A DNA stretch of 64,000 bases from Minisyncoccota bacterium (GTDB lineage: Bacteria; Patescibacteriota; Minisyncoccia; Phycocordibacterales; UBA9973): NCBI GenBank assembly GCA_041664465.1, contig JBAYKP010000001.1, positions 4,204-68,203 of the forward strand, read 5' to 3'. Of the stretch, positions 37,992 through 47,888 are shown piece by piece. The first letter of the stretch is position 1. Every line of letters starts with the position of its first letter. Made by a program: the position numbers and the translations under genes. The notes beneath the pieces were generated by a model. It saw nothing but the letters and a program-made list of their open reading frames with translations, did no database searches and was not told where the DNA came from.

Positions 37992-38906
37992 TTAAAGTAA
38001 TAGAAACATACTACCAATAATCATTATAATAATTGCAAATATTTTAGGAAGTAATATATGCCTCTTTAAATTTTCTTTTGTAATATGAGGGAAGAATTTC
38101 GTTCCAATAAGAGTCAGGATTAGGACGATAGCTGGCTGAAAGCTTCCCACAAGATAAACCATTGTTACAGGAGCCAGAAGCATTGCAAAATTTGTAAGAA
38201 GATTACCAGAAATAGTAGTCACTTCTGCTATCATATTTAAAAAGAAAATTTTAAATCCCCCGCTTTTATTCATAAGATGGAATTGATGACGATACTTAGG
38301 GACAAGAAAATACATAATAATCCCCAAAGTTCCAAGTCCTATGTACTCCCAAAATGATGAGACCCAGAAATTCCCCTCAATGGTTACATATTTAAAAATA
38401 ACACCTGAGATTGCTACCATAAGGCAAGCCAGTGTCATAAAAAGTGCTGGCTCCCATTTAAATTTTCTTTTTTCTTCTCCAAAATCTATTAAAATAACTA
38501 CCATACCCACAAGAATAATTATAGATCCTATCCATTGATATCGTGTAAGAGTTTCCCCAAGAAAAATATATCCGAGAATATAACCAAAAATTGGAATAGT
38601 GAGGAACCACGGTACTACAGAAGATACGTCTTCTGTCTCAAGAGTATAAAGATAAAGAATAATCCAGCCGATTGTGAGCCCTCCTGTTATTATTAGTAAT
38701 ACTTTGTCAGTAAATGGAATAGAGGATAATCCTTGTGTGAAAATTCCAATAAGTATAGTCATAAAAATACCCATAAAACTTGTGAAAAGTACAAGCCCTC
38801 CTGAGCCACGTTTACCTATGGAATATTTCTTCACAATGAACTCATCAACAATATTTGATATTGCCCATAAGAAAGTAGCAATAAGTGCAATTAAAAACCA
38901 ATTCAT
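37992..38906 (-). CDS. DMT-superfamily (EamA-like) transporter
   Basis: ~10 TM helices, two EamA-like halves; start placed at MNWFLIALIA to avoid overlap with aguA. Confidence 0.7.
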   Translation of the reverse strand: MNWFLIALIATFLWAISNIVDEFIVKKYSIGKRGSGGLVLFTSFMGIFMTILIGIFTQGLSSIPFTDKVLLIITGGLTIGWIILYLYTLETEDVSSVVPWFLTIPIFGYILGYIFLGETLTRYQWIGSIIILVGMVVILIDFGEEKRKFKWEPALFMTLACLMVAISGVIFKYVTIEGNFWVSSFWEYIGLGTLGIIMYFLVPKYRHQFHLMNKSGGFKIFFLNMIAEVTTISGNLLTNFAMLLAPVTMVYLVGSFQPAIVLILTLIGTKFFPHITKENLKRHILLPKIFAIIIMIIGSMFLLL

Positions 38907-38935
38907 AATGTGATTATAACATACAACTTTCAATT

Positions 38936-39985
38936 TTAAAGATATTCTTGCATTGTTATACAATGTATCGCTCCCCCACCATAGATTATTCTTCTACAAT
39001 CTATTCCTACTACTTTATGCTTCGGGAAGAGAGATCTCATTATTTTCATAGCTTTTTTATCATTTGGATCATTAAATAATGACATAAGTATAACAGAGTT
39101 TCCTATATAGAAATTCGTATAAGAGACAGGGGCTTTCTCTCCATTATCATAAACCATATGGGGCATTGGGAGCTTCACTACTTTAAACTTTTTACCATTT
39201 TTATCTTTAGCATTCTTTAATATTTTAAAATTATTATTTAAAATAGAATAATTGGGGTCTTTTTTATCTTTTTCATAAGCACAAACAATCGTACTAGAAT
39301 TAACAAAACGAGCCACCTCATCTATATGCCCATCGGTGTGGTCATTTACAAGTCCTTCTCTAAGCCAGATTACATTTTCAGCTCCTAGATAAGCCTTAAG
39401 ATATATCTCTGTACGCCCTTTATCAAGCTCACTATTTCTATTTGGATTAAGAAGGCATTGCTCTGTAGTTAAGATAGTTCCTTTGCCGTTTGACTCTACT
39501 GCCCCACCTTCTAAAACTGCATCTGGTTTGAATATTTTATTCTCATTTTCATCTAAAATATTTAGGAAAACTTTATCATCTTTCAATAAATCTGTAAAGA
39601 GTGGATCATGCTTTTTGCCATAAGCATTGTAGTGCCATTTTACGAAAGCTTTATCTTTCTTGTTTTTATTAAATAAAGTTATAGGAGCATAGTCACGAGT
39701 CCAGACATCTGCATAATCTCTCATATAGAATTCTACTTTCTTTAAATCAACTTTGTTTTCTAGTAGTTTACTCTTTATTCTTTCTTTCTCAGTCTCGTTT
39801 AAAACTAAGAGCTTCACCTTTTCACTATTCTGCAATATTTTAATAATCTCACAATAATCTTCTTCAACCTCCTTCAAATGATTCGGAAAGGTAATATTTC
39901 CATATGGCCACGCAAGCCAAACGGCCGAATGCTTTTCCCATTCACCTGGCATGTAGTATCCTAATTCTTTTGGAATCTCTATCAT
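38936..39985 (-). CDS. aguA: Agmatine deiminase
   Basis: 349 aa; MPGEWEKHSAVWLAWP N-terminus and C-terminal GGGAIHCITMQ catalytic Cys motif. Confidence 0.85.
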   Translation of the reverse strand: MIEIPKELGYYMPGEWEKHSAVWLAWPYGNITFPNHLKEVEEDYCEIIKILQNSEKVKLLVLNETEKERIKSKLLENKVDLKKVEFYMRDYADVWTRDYAPITLFNKNKKDKAFVKWHYNAYGKKHDPLFTDLLKDDKVFLNILDENENKIFKPDAVLEGGAVESNGKGTILTTEQCLLNPNRNSELDKGRTEIYLKAYLGAENVIWLREGLVNDHTDGHIDEVARFVNSSTIVCAYEKDKKDPNYSILNNNFKILKNAKDKNGKKFKVVKLPMPHMVYDNGEKAPVSYTNFYIGNSVILMSLFNDPNDKKAMKIMRSLFPKHKVVGIDCRRIIYGGGAIHCITMQEYL

Positions 39986-40003
39986 AGTATGTTAGTTCGC
40001 TAA

Positions 40004-40870
40004 CTATTTTGATTTCGCTTGTGTTATCTTTTTATAAGTATCTGGTCTACGATTTCTTAAAAATCCCCAATCATTTGATATGTAATCATTCATAGCTAAA
40101 TCAAGAGTAGCTATTATTACTTCTTCTTTGTTTTTTGAAGCTCTTTTTATAATTTTTCCAAATGCATCTGTGACAAAAGATTGTCCCCAGAATTCTAATT
40201 GCCCTTCTGTTCCCGTTCTGTTCACAGCTATAACTGGCAAGCTATTTGCAATAGCGTGGCTTCGCATTATCGTCTCCCATGCATCATGCCAGTCTCCATC
40301 GATAGGTTTATTCCCAATTATATTTCCAATAGCTGTTGGATAGAAGATCATCTCTGCACCAGAAAGCTTGAGCGAGCGAGCAGCTTCTGGGAACCATTGA
40401 TCAAAACAAATAAGAACTGCGAAAGTTGTATTTTTGTGTTTATACAATCTGTAACCATTATCCCCTTCGGCAAAATAATCTTTTTCATAAAAGCTTGGAT
40501 CGTGAGGTATGTGAATCTTTCTATATGAGGTTCCAACCTCGCCTTTTCCATTTAGAACTACAACTGTATTATATCTTTTCCCATTTTTAGCTTTTTCGTA
40601 GATAGGCAAAATAATAGAGCATCCATATTTTTTAGAAATCTTTTTGAAAGCTTCCGTAGATTCTCCCGGAATAGTTTCTAAAAATTTATCTACTTTAACT
40701 CCTTTCTTACTTGGAAAATACGGGGTCTTGTAAAGTTCCTGTAAGCAAATAATCTCTGCACCTTTTACTGCTGCATTCTCCACCATCTTTAAAGTTTTTT
40801 TTAGATTTAATTCTAAATTGTCCGTTACTTTACTCTGGACTAAACCAATTTTTATTATTTTCTTTTTCAT
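40004..40870 (-). CDS. aguB: N-carbamoylputrescine amidase (C-N hydrolase/nitrilase family)
   Basis: IGLVQ...EL... catalytic E-K-C triad spacing (ICFDQWFPE); start set at internal Met just after nspC stop. Confidence 0.8.
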   Translation of the reverse strand: MKKKIIKIGLVQSKVTDNLELNLKKTLKMVENAAVKGAEIICLQELYKTPYFPSKKGVKVDKFLETIPGESTEAFKKISKKYGCSIILPIYEKAKNGKRYNTVVVLNGKGEVGTSYRKIHIPHDPSFYEKDYFAEGDNGYRLYKHKNTTFAVLICFDQWFPEAARSLKLSGAEMIFYPTAIGNIIGNKPIDGDWHDAWETIMRSHAIANSLPVIAVNRTGTEGQLEFWGQSFVTDAFGKIIKRASKNKEEVIIATLDLAMNDYISNDWGFLRNRRPDTYKKITQAKSK

Positions 40871-40877
40871 AATATTT

Positions 40878-42128
40878 TTATGATAATCTATTTTTAAAAT
40901 CCTTATATCCAAACTTTTTAATAATTTTTATCTTACCGGATTTATCTATTGTAGCAATGTTTGGTAAATTTACCCCATTGAAAGTATTATTCTTCACCAT
41001 CGTATATATTGCCATATTCATAAATACTAACTTTTGCCCTATTTCAAGCGGTTTACTGAATGAATACTCGCCTATTACATCCCCTGTAAGGCAACTTGGG
41101 CCTACTAGACGATAATTATACTCTAAGCCTTCCTTTACAGGCTCTGCCCTAAATTCATCTTGTGAATCGGGCGACCGCAATAGCGGTTTAGCCCCTAAAA
41201 TAGTTGGTAAATAAGGCATTTCGAGTACATCTGGCATATGCGTAGTAGCTGATACATCAAGAACTGCTATGTTTATACCATTCTTAAATATATCTACAAC
41301 TTCTCCTACCAATACTCCTGCATTGAGGGCTACAGCTTCTCCAGGTTCTAAGTATACTTCTAAATGAGGATATTTTATTTTAAAATCATTCAATATTTTA
41401 TAAAGTAATTCTAAATCATAATCTTTTCTTGTGATATGATGCCCACCACCGAAGTTCACCCACTTCATCTGTGGTAGAAATTCTCCAAACTTTTCTAGGA
41501 AAACTTTAAGACTTCGCTCTAGTGCATCTGCCCCAAGTTCGCAAAGATTATGAAAATGCAAACCCTCCAAACCTGTGATATTTTCTTTTTCGAAATTTGC
41601 CCTTGTTACTCCGAAATGAGAATTCTCGCTACTAGGATCATACATAGAAGTCTCAACTTCGCTATGCTCTAAATTTACTCTAATTCCACATGATACTTTT
41701 CTTCGGCTCGCCGTAGTTTTAACGAAGGCGGCAAATTTATTCCACTGAGAGAAAGAATTGAAAACCAAATGATCAGCATACTTTATATACTCCTTGATGT
41801 TCTCATCTGTATATGAAGGAGAGAAAACGTGAGTCTCTTTGCCAAATTTTTCATAGCCCAACCTTGCTTCATTCACTGAGCTTGCCTCAGAGCCTGATAG
41901 GTATTTCTTAATCAAAGGAAAAGTGGAAAACATAGAAAAGCCTTTGAGTGCCATAAGTATATGGGCCCCAGTTTTCTCTTCTACCCCTTTTAAAATCTTG
42001 AGATTGTTTTCTAATTTCTCCAAAGAAACTACATACGAAGGCGTCTCCACTTTAGAAAAATCTACCTTATCCCAACCCTCTATCTCAATCCAAGGTTCTA
42101 TAAAAATGTTTTCATTATTTTTTGACAT
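40878..42128 (-). CDS. nspC: Carboxynorspermidine/carboxyspermidine decarboxylase (PLP fold-type III)
   Basis: 416 aa; TPSYVVSLEKLENNL start and overall CANSDC-like pattern; paired with saccharopine-dehydrogenase-like CANSDH two genes upstream. Confidence 0.75.
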   Translation of the reverse strand: MSKNNENIFIEPWIEIEGWDKVDFSKVETPSYVVSLEKLENNLKILKGVEEKTGAHILMALKGFSMFSTFPLIKKYLSGSEASSVNEARLGYEKFGKETHVFSPSYTDENIKEYIKYADHLVFNSFSQWNKFAAFVKTTASRRKVSCGIRVNLEHSEVETSMYDPSSENSHFGVTRANFEKENITGLEGLHFHNLCELGADALERSLKVFLEKFGEFLPQMKWVNFGGGHHITRKDYDLELLYKILNDFKIKYPHLEVYLEPGEAVALNAGVLVGEVVDIFKNGINIAVLDVSATTHMPDVLEMPYLPTILGAKPLLRSPDSQDEFRAEPVKEGLEYNYRLVGPSCLTGDVIGEYSFSKPLEIGQKLVFMNMAIYTMVKNNTFNGVNLPNIATIDKSGKIKIIKKFGYKDFKNRLS

Positions 42129-42134
42129 ATAATT

Positions 42135-42174
42135 TCTTCGGCTCGCCGTAGCTTTCTGCGTAGGCGGCTAATAA
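42135..42174. repeat. 40-bp intergenic repeat, copy 2; partial third copy (19 nt identical) inside nspC at 41698-41716
   Basis: see 7984-8023; overlaps stop codon of the Cys-rich gene and lies 7 nt upstream of nspC ATG. Confidence 0.6.
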
Positions 42175-43880
42175 ACTTCATTCTGATAACAACGCTCACA
42201 GTATACTATTTCTCTGCGTTCTGGGGAATAGGACGTCTTAAATTCATTATTACAGCCCTCCTTCATACATTTCCTATGCCAGAGTCTAAATGGATTTATT
42301 CTTTTTATTCTATTCTTATGTCTGCAATGAAAACATCTTCTAGGAATTGGGATCTGCATCTGTTTGTAGAAAATTAATTCATTAGGAACAATTTTATAAT
42401 TTCTTTTACATTCTATACAACTAAGAATTTCATTTACTATATCATCTTTGACTTCATTGATTGCCTCTGGAATATTTTCTGGCAACAATGTTTCTTTCCC
42501 TATAGTCCTCTGAATATTATCTTGCCAATTATATCCATTTTTTATTGCCTCATCTTTACTAAGTAGAAATTGGTCTTGTGCTTGAGTCTCATTATAACCA
42601 AATGGTGAAAGTTCACTTGGAAAGAATTCTCCAAATTTATAAATATTACCTTTTTTATCCACATATGGCATTTCATTCATCTGTTTAATTATCTTTGGAA
42701 TTAGTTCCTCGTATTCTTCTTTATTATATTGTTTATTTAAAATACAATAATTGTCGTTACGAAGAGCATTGCATCCAAAAATATGTTTACAATTATGACA
42801 ATGCTGTGTATATCTGATATCCTGACTTTTTACGGAAAAAATTCCAAAAAGATTAAGTTGAGAATGGTCGACTATTGCTCCTTCATAACACTCAGAAGTT
42901 TCTCCAGACATAGTAACATCATAACAATCCTTAACAGTAATAAAATCACAATATTTACAATTTTCACTTTTTCTAGCAATAAAAGAATATCGTACATTTT
43001 TACAACCAGAGATAACATCCCCTATACAATTAACACTATGCATGATATCTACTGCTTTAAGTGGATGCTCTGTGATAAATTCCTCGTATTCTTTCTGGGC
43101 TTTTTTTACTCCAGAGAAAGTGTCGAGTCTATAACTTTCTAAGATTTTTTTATATTCTTCTTTTGTATATCTTTTATTCTTAAAATAATATTTTTTATTC
43201 CTGAGACCCATTAACATAAGACAATCCGAACAATCCCGACAATCCAAGAGAAATTGTGACTCAATACAGGCACTACAAAACTTTGAATATTTTAATCTAT
43301 AAGAGCTTCTAGAAAGCATACATTCATACAACCACTCGTTCTCAGTCCTAATGTTCATACAATCTATCATGTCTTTCCCTGCATTAACAAAAAAACTATA
43401 CATAACATTATCGACATGCCACCCAGAAAAAAGCATATAACAATTTTTTGCAAACCAAACATCGTGGGTATACTCACAATTTAAACTCGCTATCCCATCA
43501 TCATTTACAAGTGCCATATGAGGAACTTTTTGCATTAGTTCTTTGTATTGAGTAAAGAATGGTTTATTAAAATCATAATCAACCCCATAACTTTTTGGAT
43601 CCCATTTGTCACTCCACCAGCATTTATTACAATATACTGTTATTCCAGAATCTGGTGAATATAAAGTTATAACTGATTTATCACATAATCCGCATTTACT
43701 ATTATAAAGAGACATTATATTCCTCCAAGCGTATCTCCTCTGCATTCTACAAGGTGGACAAAAGGAAGGTGGAGGAACTTTTATTTTTTCATAAAACAAA
43801 AAGTCATCCGGCTCAATAGTGAAGTCTTTCTTGCAATTCTGACATTCTTTTGTTTCTGGGTTATATCCCATATATTTCAT
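42168..43880 (-). CDS. 570-aa cysteine-rich protein built from duplicated CxxC zinc-ribbon-like modules (35 Cys)
   Basis: N-terminal module CQNCKKDFTIEPDDFLFYEKIKVPPPSFCPPCR...CGLCDKSVITLYSPDSGITVYCNKCW aligns residue-by-residue with C-terminal CIECKRNYKIVPNELIFYKQMQIPIPRRCFHCR...CMKEGCNNEFKTSYSPERREIVYCERCY; central region also internally duplicated (CSACIESQFLLDC..LRNKKYYFKNKRYTKEEY vs CHNCKHIFGC..LRNDNYCILNKQYNKEEY). Confidence 0.5.
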   Translation of the reverse strand: MKYMGYNPETKECQNCKKDFTIEPDDFLFYEKIKVPPPSFCPPCRMQRRYAWRNIMSLYNSKCGLCDKSVITLYSPDSGITVYCNKCWWSDKWDPKSYGVDYDFNKPFFTQYKELMQKVPHMALVNDDGIASLNCEYTHDVWFAKNCYMLFSGWHVDNVMYSFFVNAGKDMIDCMNIRTENEWLYECMLSRSSYRLKYSKFCSACIESQFLLDCRDCSDCLMLMGLRNKKYYFKNKRYTKEEYKKILESYRLDTFSGVKKAQKEYEEFITEHPLKAVDIMHSVNCIGDVISGCKNVRYSFIARKSENCKYCDFITVKDCYDVTMSGETSECYEGAIVDHSQLNLFGIFSVKSQDIRYTQHCHNCKHIFGCNALRNDNYCILNKQYNKEEYEELIPKIIKQMNEMPYVDKKGNIYKFGEFFPSELSPFGYNETQAQDQFLLSKDEAIKNGYNWQDNIQRTIGKETLLPENIPEAINEVKDDIVNEILSCIECKRNYKIVPNELIFYKQMQIPIPRRCFHCRHKNRIKRINPFRLWHRKCMKEGCNNEFKTSYSPERREIVYCERCYQNEVY

Positions 43881-43883
43881 TTT

Positions 43884-45134
43884 TTAATAACCCTTTTTGA
43901 GTGCGGCGGGGATGTCTTTGAGAGTTTTTATGACTGTTGTGAGGCCTACTTTTGCCATTTCTTCAATGAATATCTTGGAATCAAGGCTCTTGTCTTCAGT
44001 GTTCTTGGTACCTACTCCGCCCCATTTGCCTTCTAACACAAGCTTGGCACAAGTTACTGTAGGAATTGCTGTCGTATAACCGATAGCATTGCCTCCTGTC
44101 TCTTTATAGGCTTCTTTATGATCGCAAACATTATAAATATACATAGCTTTTTTCTTGCCAGCCTTTGTACCAGTAATGATGTTTCCAATATTTGTTTTAC
44201 CTACATAGCTACTATTGAAATCTTCTCCTTTTGGTAATATTGCTTTCAAGAATTTTACTGGCACAACTTTCTGCCCATTGTAATCAATAGTATCTATGCG
44301 AGTAAGCCCAACACTATAAAGCACTCTCAAATAAGTAAGATATGTCGTAGAGAATGTCATCCAGAAGCGTATACGCTTAAGCCCCGGTATGTGTGTAGGA
44401 ATAGTCTCAAGCTCTTCATGATACATTAGATAAGGAGTGAACTTGCCAGCCTGTGGGAAATTGAATTCAAAGAAAGGTGCATCTTCATCAATGAGCTTCA
44501 TCCTCTCTTGCCACTTCCCTTTCTCCCAGAATTTAATAGGCAAGATAAGCTCACGAAGATTTATTTCAGGGTCAAAGTTCGGAGCAAATTTAATCTTCTC
44601 ATCTTTTGAACCACCGTTACAGTCTAGGATATCTATAGTCTCAATCTTGTCGAATATATAATCACGAGCATACGCAGAATAAATATTTGAAACTCCTGGA
44701 TCAAAACCAGAGCCTAGAATTGCAAGTAAGCCTTTCTTCTTAAATGCTTCATTTTTAGCTAATTGTAACTTGTAAGAGAAGCCATACTTTTCTGGGTTCT
44801 CATAGCAAGCAGTATCGATATAATTAACTCCATACTCTAGACAAGCATCCATAATTACTAGGTTGTCGTAAGGGCTACCCCAGTTCACAACCAAAGTTGG
44901 CTTTACTTCTTTTAAAAGTTTCAAAAAGTTATCTCCTTTCCCCACATCAGCAATATGAATATGAAGATCCACTTTACCTTTAGATTTCTTTAAAACCGAC
45001 TGACGAACAGCCTCACATTTACTAGGAGTTCTGCCCACAACGTGAATCTCAGAAAAAACATTTTTAAATTGTGCCATTTTGTGCAAACCGACACTTCCTA
45101 CATTTCCACAACCTATTACTAATATTTTATTCAT
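43884..45134 (-). CDS. Carboxynorspermidine synthase / saccharopine-dehydrogenase-family (CANSDH)
   Basis: 416 aa; N-terminal Rossmann MNKILVIGCGNVGS; length and context with nspC. Confidence 0.75.
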   Translation of the reverse strand: MNKILVIGCGNVGSVGLHKMAQFKNVFSEIHVVGRTPSKCEAVRQSVLKKSKGKVDLHIHIADVGKGDNFLKLLKEVKPTLVVNWGSPYDNLVIMDACLEYGVNYIDTACYENPEKYGFSYKLQLAKNEAFKKKGLLAILGSGFDPGVSNIYSAYARDYIFDKIETIDILDCNGGSKDEKIKFAPNFDPEINLRELILPIKFWEKGKWQERMKLIDEDAPFFEFNFPQAGKFTPYLMYHEELETIPTHIPGLKRIRFWMTFSTTYLTYLRVLYSVGLTRIDTIDYNGQKVVPVKFLKAILPKGEDFNSSYVGKTNIGNIITGTKAGKKKAMYIYNVCDHKEAYKETGGNAIGYTTAIPTVTCAKLVLEGKWGGVGTKNTEDKSLDSKIFIEEMAKVGLTTVIKTLKDIPAALKKGY

Positions 45135-45214
45135 CTCCCAATTTTACTATTGCCACCCCCATAAGTCAATAAAAATAACCTTGATTTATACGCTATATGT
45201 AATATAATGACCGT

Positions 45215-46570
45215 ATGTCTAAAAAGATTATAGTAAACAAATTCGGTGGAGGAATACTCAAGAAAGAGCTAATGCCTATTATTGTCAAAAGGCTCAAAGA
45301 ACAGCTTGCTTCAGGTTCTTCTCCTATTGCTGTCGTCTCGGCCATGCCTGGAATAACTGATAGTTTAGTTTATTTCTTATTGAAAATTAGTGAGAAGTCA
45401 CTCAAAGAGAAAGAAGCTAATTTGCTCATTACAAATTATATTAAAGAAATTAAAGATTTACATAACACAATATTAATTGATATTGGTTTTAATAAAAAAG
45501 AGCAAGAAAAAGTAAAGATTGAATTAGATAAATTATTCTATCAGCTAGAAGAAGATTTGCTCGTCATTGTAGCCACTAATACAAACATATTGGAAGATAA
45601 AATAGTTTCTTATGGAGAAAAGTTGTCTGCTACAATTTTAACTAATTATTTCAACCTGATGGGGATTAAGTCTAAGAGATTCTTGGCCGAAGAAATACCT
45701 ATTCTCACTGATAATAATTTCAAGAATGCAAATATTGATTACAAAGTATCTGAGAAGAATATTATAAAGAAATTGTCTTCTGTAAGTGAACTACCTGTCA
45801 TAGCAGGATTCACGGGCATAACTTCAAATAAACAAACTACAACTTTGGGTCGTGGTGGCACTGATACGACAGCTTGCTTCATCGGAGCTGCACTTCGAGC
45901 AGAGAAAGTCGTCCTTTGGAAAGATGTCGGAGGTGTTCTCTCGGCTGATCCGAAAATAATTAAAGAAGCAAAAACAATTCCACTTATAAATTATATGGAA
46001 GCAGAAGAATCCGGGAAGATAATCCACGATAAAGCTATTCAGTATATTAAATTATTTAAAACACCTATTGAAATATCTTCTATAATTAATCCCAAATTAA
46101 AAACAAGAATAGAAGATACCAGCAGGCCACAGAAAGGAGCAAAGATCGTAAGCTTGAAAAAAGACTTGAATTTCATACTTATTACAGACGAAATTATAAA
46201 GCTCAATGATCTCTTGGCGATTGTTAGTCAGACGTTTAAAGAATTCAAAATGGATATAATCCTTATCAGTAATACTCATTATAGTCTTCAAATTGTAGCT
46301 GATAATAATAATGGCCAGATTTATAAAGTCTATGATGAATTAAGGAAAAAAGTTGCTAAGATTGAAATTGTGAAGACTCATATGGTATTCCTCGTAGGAC
46401 TTTTTGATGCCAAGGATGTCAGCAACTTTAATGATTTACTTGTAAAGCTTGGTACGGATTTGCTCATTAGTGCTTTTTATTATGAGAATTGTAATAGAAT
46501 GGAAGCAGTTATTAAAACTGCTGATATCAATAAAGTGGTCAGAGCTTTGTATAAGAAATTTATTAAATAG
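45215..46570 (+). CDS. lysC: Aspartate kinase
   Basis: 451 aa; N-terminal KFGGG(I) amino-acid-kinase fold, C-terminal ACT domains. Confidence 0.85.
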   Translation: MSKKIIVNKFGGGILKKELMPIIVKRLKEQLASGSSPIAVVSAMPGITDSLVYFLLKISEKSLKEKEANLLITNYIKEIKDLHNTILIDIGFNKKEQEKVKIELDKLFYQLEEDLLVIVATNTNILEDKIVSYGEKLSATILTNYFNLMGIKSKRFLAEEIPILTDNNFKNANIDYKVSEKNIIKKLSSVSELPVIAGFTGITSNKQTTTLGRGGTDTTACFIGAALRAEKVVLWKDVGGVLSADPKIIKEAKTIPLINYMEAEESGKIIHDKAIQYIKLFKTPIEISSIINPKLKTRIEDTSRPQKGAKIVSLKKDLNFILITDEIIKLNDLLAIVSQTFKEFKMDIILISNTHYSLQIVADNNNGQIYKVYDELRKKVAKIEIVKTHMVFLVGLFDAKDVSNFNDLLVKLGTDLLISAFYYENCNRMEAVIKTADINKVVRALYKKFIK

Positions 46571-46589
46571 TATAGCGTAGTTAAAATAG

Positions 46590-46650
46590 TTTCTGAAAAA
46601 TGCCTTACGGAGGCCGACGGGCCGAGTACGAGCAAAATTTTCAGCAGAAA
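46590..46650 (+). other. GC-rich structured element in lysC-asd intergenic region
   Basis: TTCTGAAAAAT ... ATTTTCAGCAGAA long-range pairing enclosing GCCT-TACGG-AGGC hairpin and GGCCGACGGGCC; stands out against AT-rich background. Confidence 0.3.
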
Positions 46651-46702
46651 ATTATTGTGTGCATTTTGAAGAAAGCTATTTTAACGAAGCGACTTATAAA
46701 AA

Positions 46703-47791
46703 ATGAAAAAATTTAAAGTGGGAATATTGGGTGCGACAGGAATGGTGGGGCAAAATTATATAAGACTACTCGAGAATCATCCATGGTTTGATGTGGTCTA
46801 CGTGGCTGCATCAGCAAACTCTGCAGGAGTAACTTATGGTGAAGCAGTTAAGGGACGCTGGCAAATGAAGACTCCTATACCTGAAAAAGTTAAAAAAATA
46901 AAAGTAGAAAATGTAGATGATATTGGGAAAGCATCTAAAAAGTGTGACTTCGTTTTCTCTGCTTTTGAAATTAGTGATAAGAATTTAGTAAGAGAAATCG
47001 AAGAAAGATATGCTAAGGCAGGAATGCCTGTAGTCTCAAATGCATCGGCAAACAGATGGAGCGAAGATGTTCCTATGCTTATTCCTGAGATTAATTCTAA
47101 GCATTTAGACATAATAGCTACTCAAAAGAGGAATCATGGATGGAGTAAAGGATTCATCGCTGTGAAGCCTAATTGTAGCCTACAGAGCTATTTGACCCCT
47201 ATATATGCCCTTAATAAGGCTGGTTTCCCTATCAAAAAGATAATGATTACGACTCTTCAGGCAGTTTCTGGAGCTGGATATCCTGGAGTACCAAGTCTTG
47301 ATATGATCGACAATGTCGTGCCATTTATTGGTGGTGAAGAAGAAAAAACCGAAGAAGAACCACTTAAAATTTTAGGAGAAATTAAAAATGGTAAATTTGT
47401 GAAAAGTAAAGATATAAGTATTTCTGCTACTTGCACTCGAGTGCCAGTCATAGATGGACATCTGGCAGCTGTAAATATTTTATTCAAAGATAAAAAGCCT
47501 ACTAAAGAACAAATAATAAAAATTTGGAGTGAATTCAAGTCTGTTCCTCAAGATTTGAAGCTTCCATTCGCTCCTATTAAGCCCATAATATATACAGAAG
47601 AAGAGAATCGTCCTCAACCCAAGAAAGATAGAGATAATGATAAAGGTATGGCAGTGACAGTCGGACGACTTCGAGATTGTAAAGTATTTGATTACAAATT
47701 CGTGGCGCTCTCACACAACACAGTCCGCGGCGCCGCCGGCGGAGGAATCCTTAATGCAGAGCTTTTAGTTAAGAAAGGATTCATAAAATAA
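46703..47791 (+). CDS. asd: Aspartate-semialdehyde dehydrogenase
   Basis: 362 aa; GATGMVGQ NAD-binding start, catalytic Cys in NCS motif. Confidence 0.9.
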   Translation: MKKFKVGILGATGMVGQNYIRLLENHPWFDVVYVAASANSAGVTYGEAVKGRWQMKTPIPEKVKKIKVENVDDIGKASKKCDFVFSAFEISDKNLVREIEERYAKAGMPVVSNASANRWSEDVPMLIPEINSKHLDIIATQKRNHGWSKGFIAVKPNCSLQSYLTPIYALNKAGFPIKKIMITTLQAVSGAGYPGVPSLDMIDNVVPFIGGEEEKTEEEPLKILGEIKNGKFVKSKDISISATCTRVPVIDGHLAAVNILFKDKKPTKEQIIKIWSEFKSVPQDLKLPFAPIKPIIYTEEENRPQPKKDRDNDKGMAVTVGRLRDCKVFDYKFVALSHNTVRGAAGGGILNAELLVKKGFIK

Positions 47792-47841
47792 TATTTCTAT
47801 TACCTAAATTATAATTAATAAATTTTATTAATTATGTATAT

Positions 47842-47879
47842 TGTCTATTATTTACGCATATGCTTAGATTATAGACAAT
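47842..47879. repeat. 38-bp palindromic element, copy A (TGTCTATTATTTACGCATATGCTTAGATTATAGACAAT)
   Basis: internally palindromic around GCATATGC; 31/38 identical (ungapped) to copy B; 10 nt downstream of the regulator-like gene stop. Confidence 0.65.
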
Positions 47880-47888
47880 CATAAAAGG

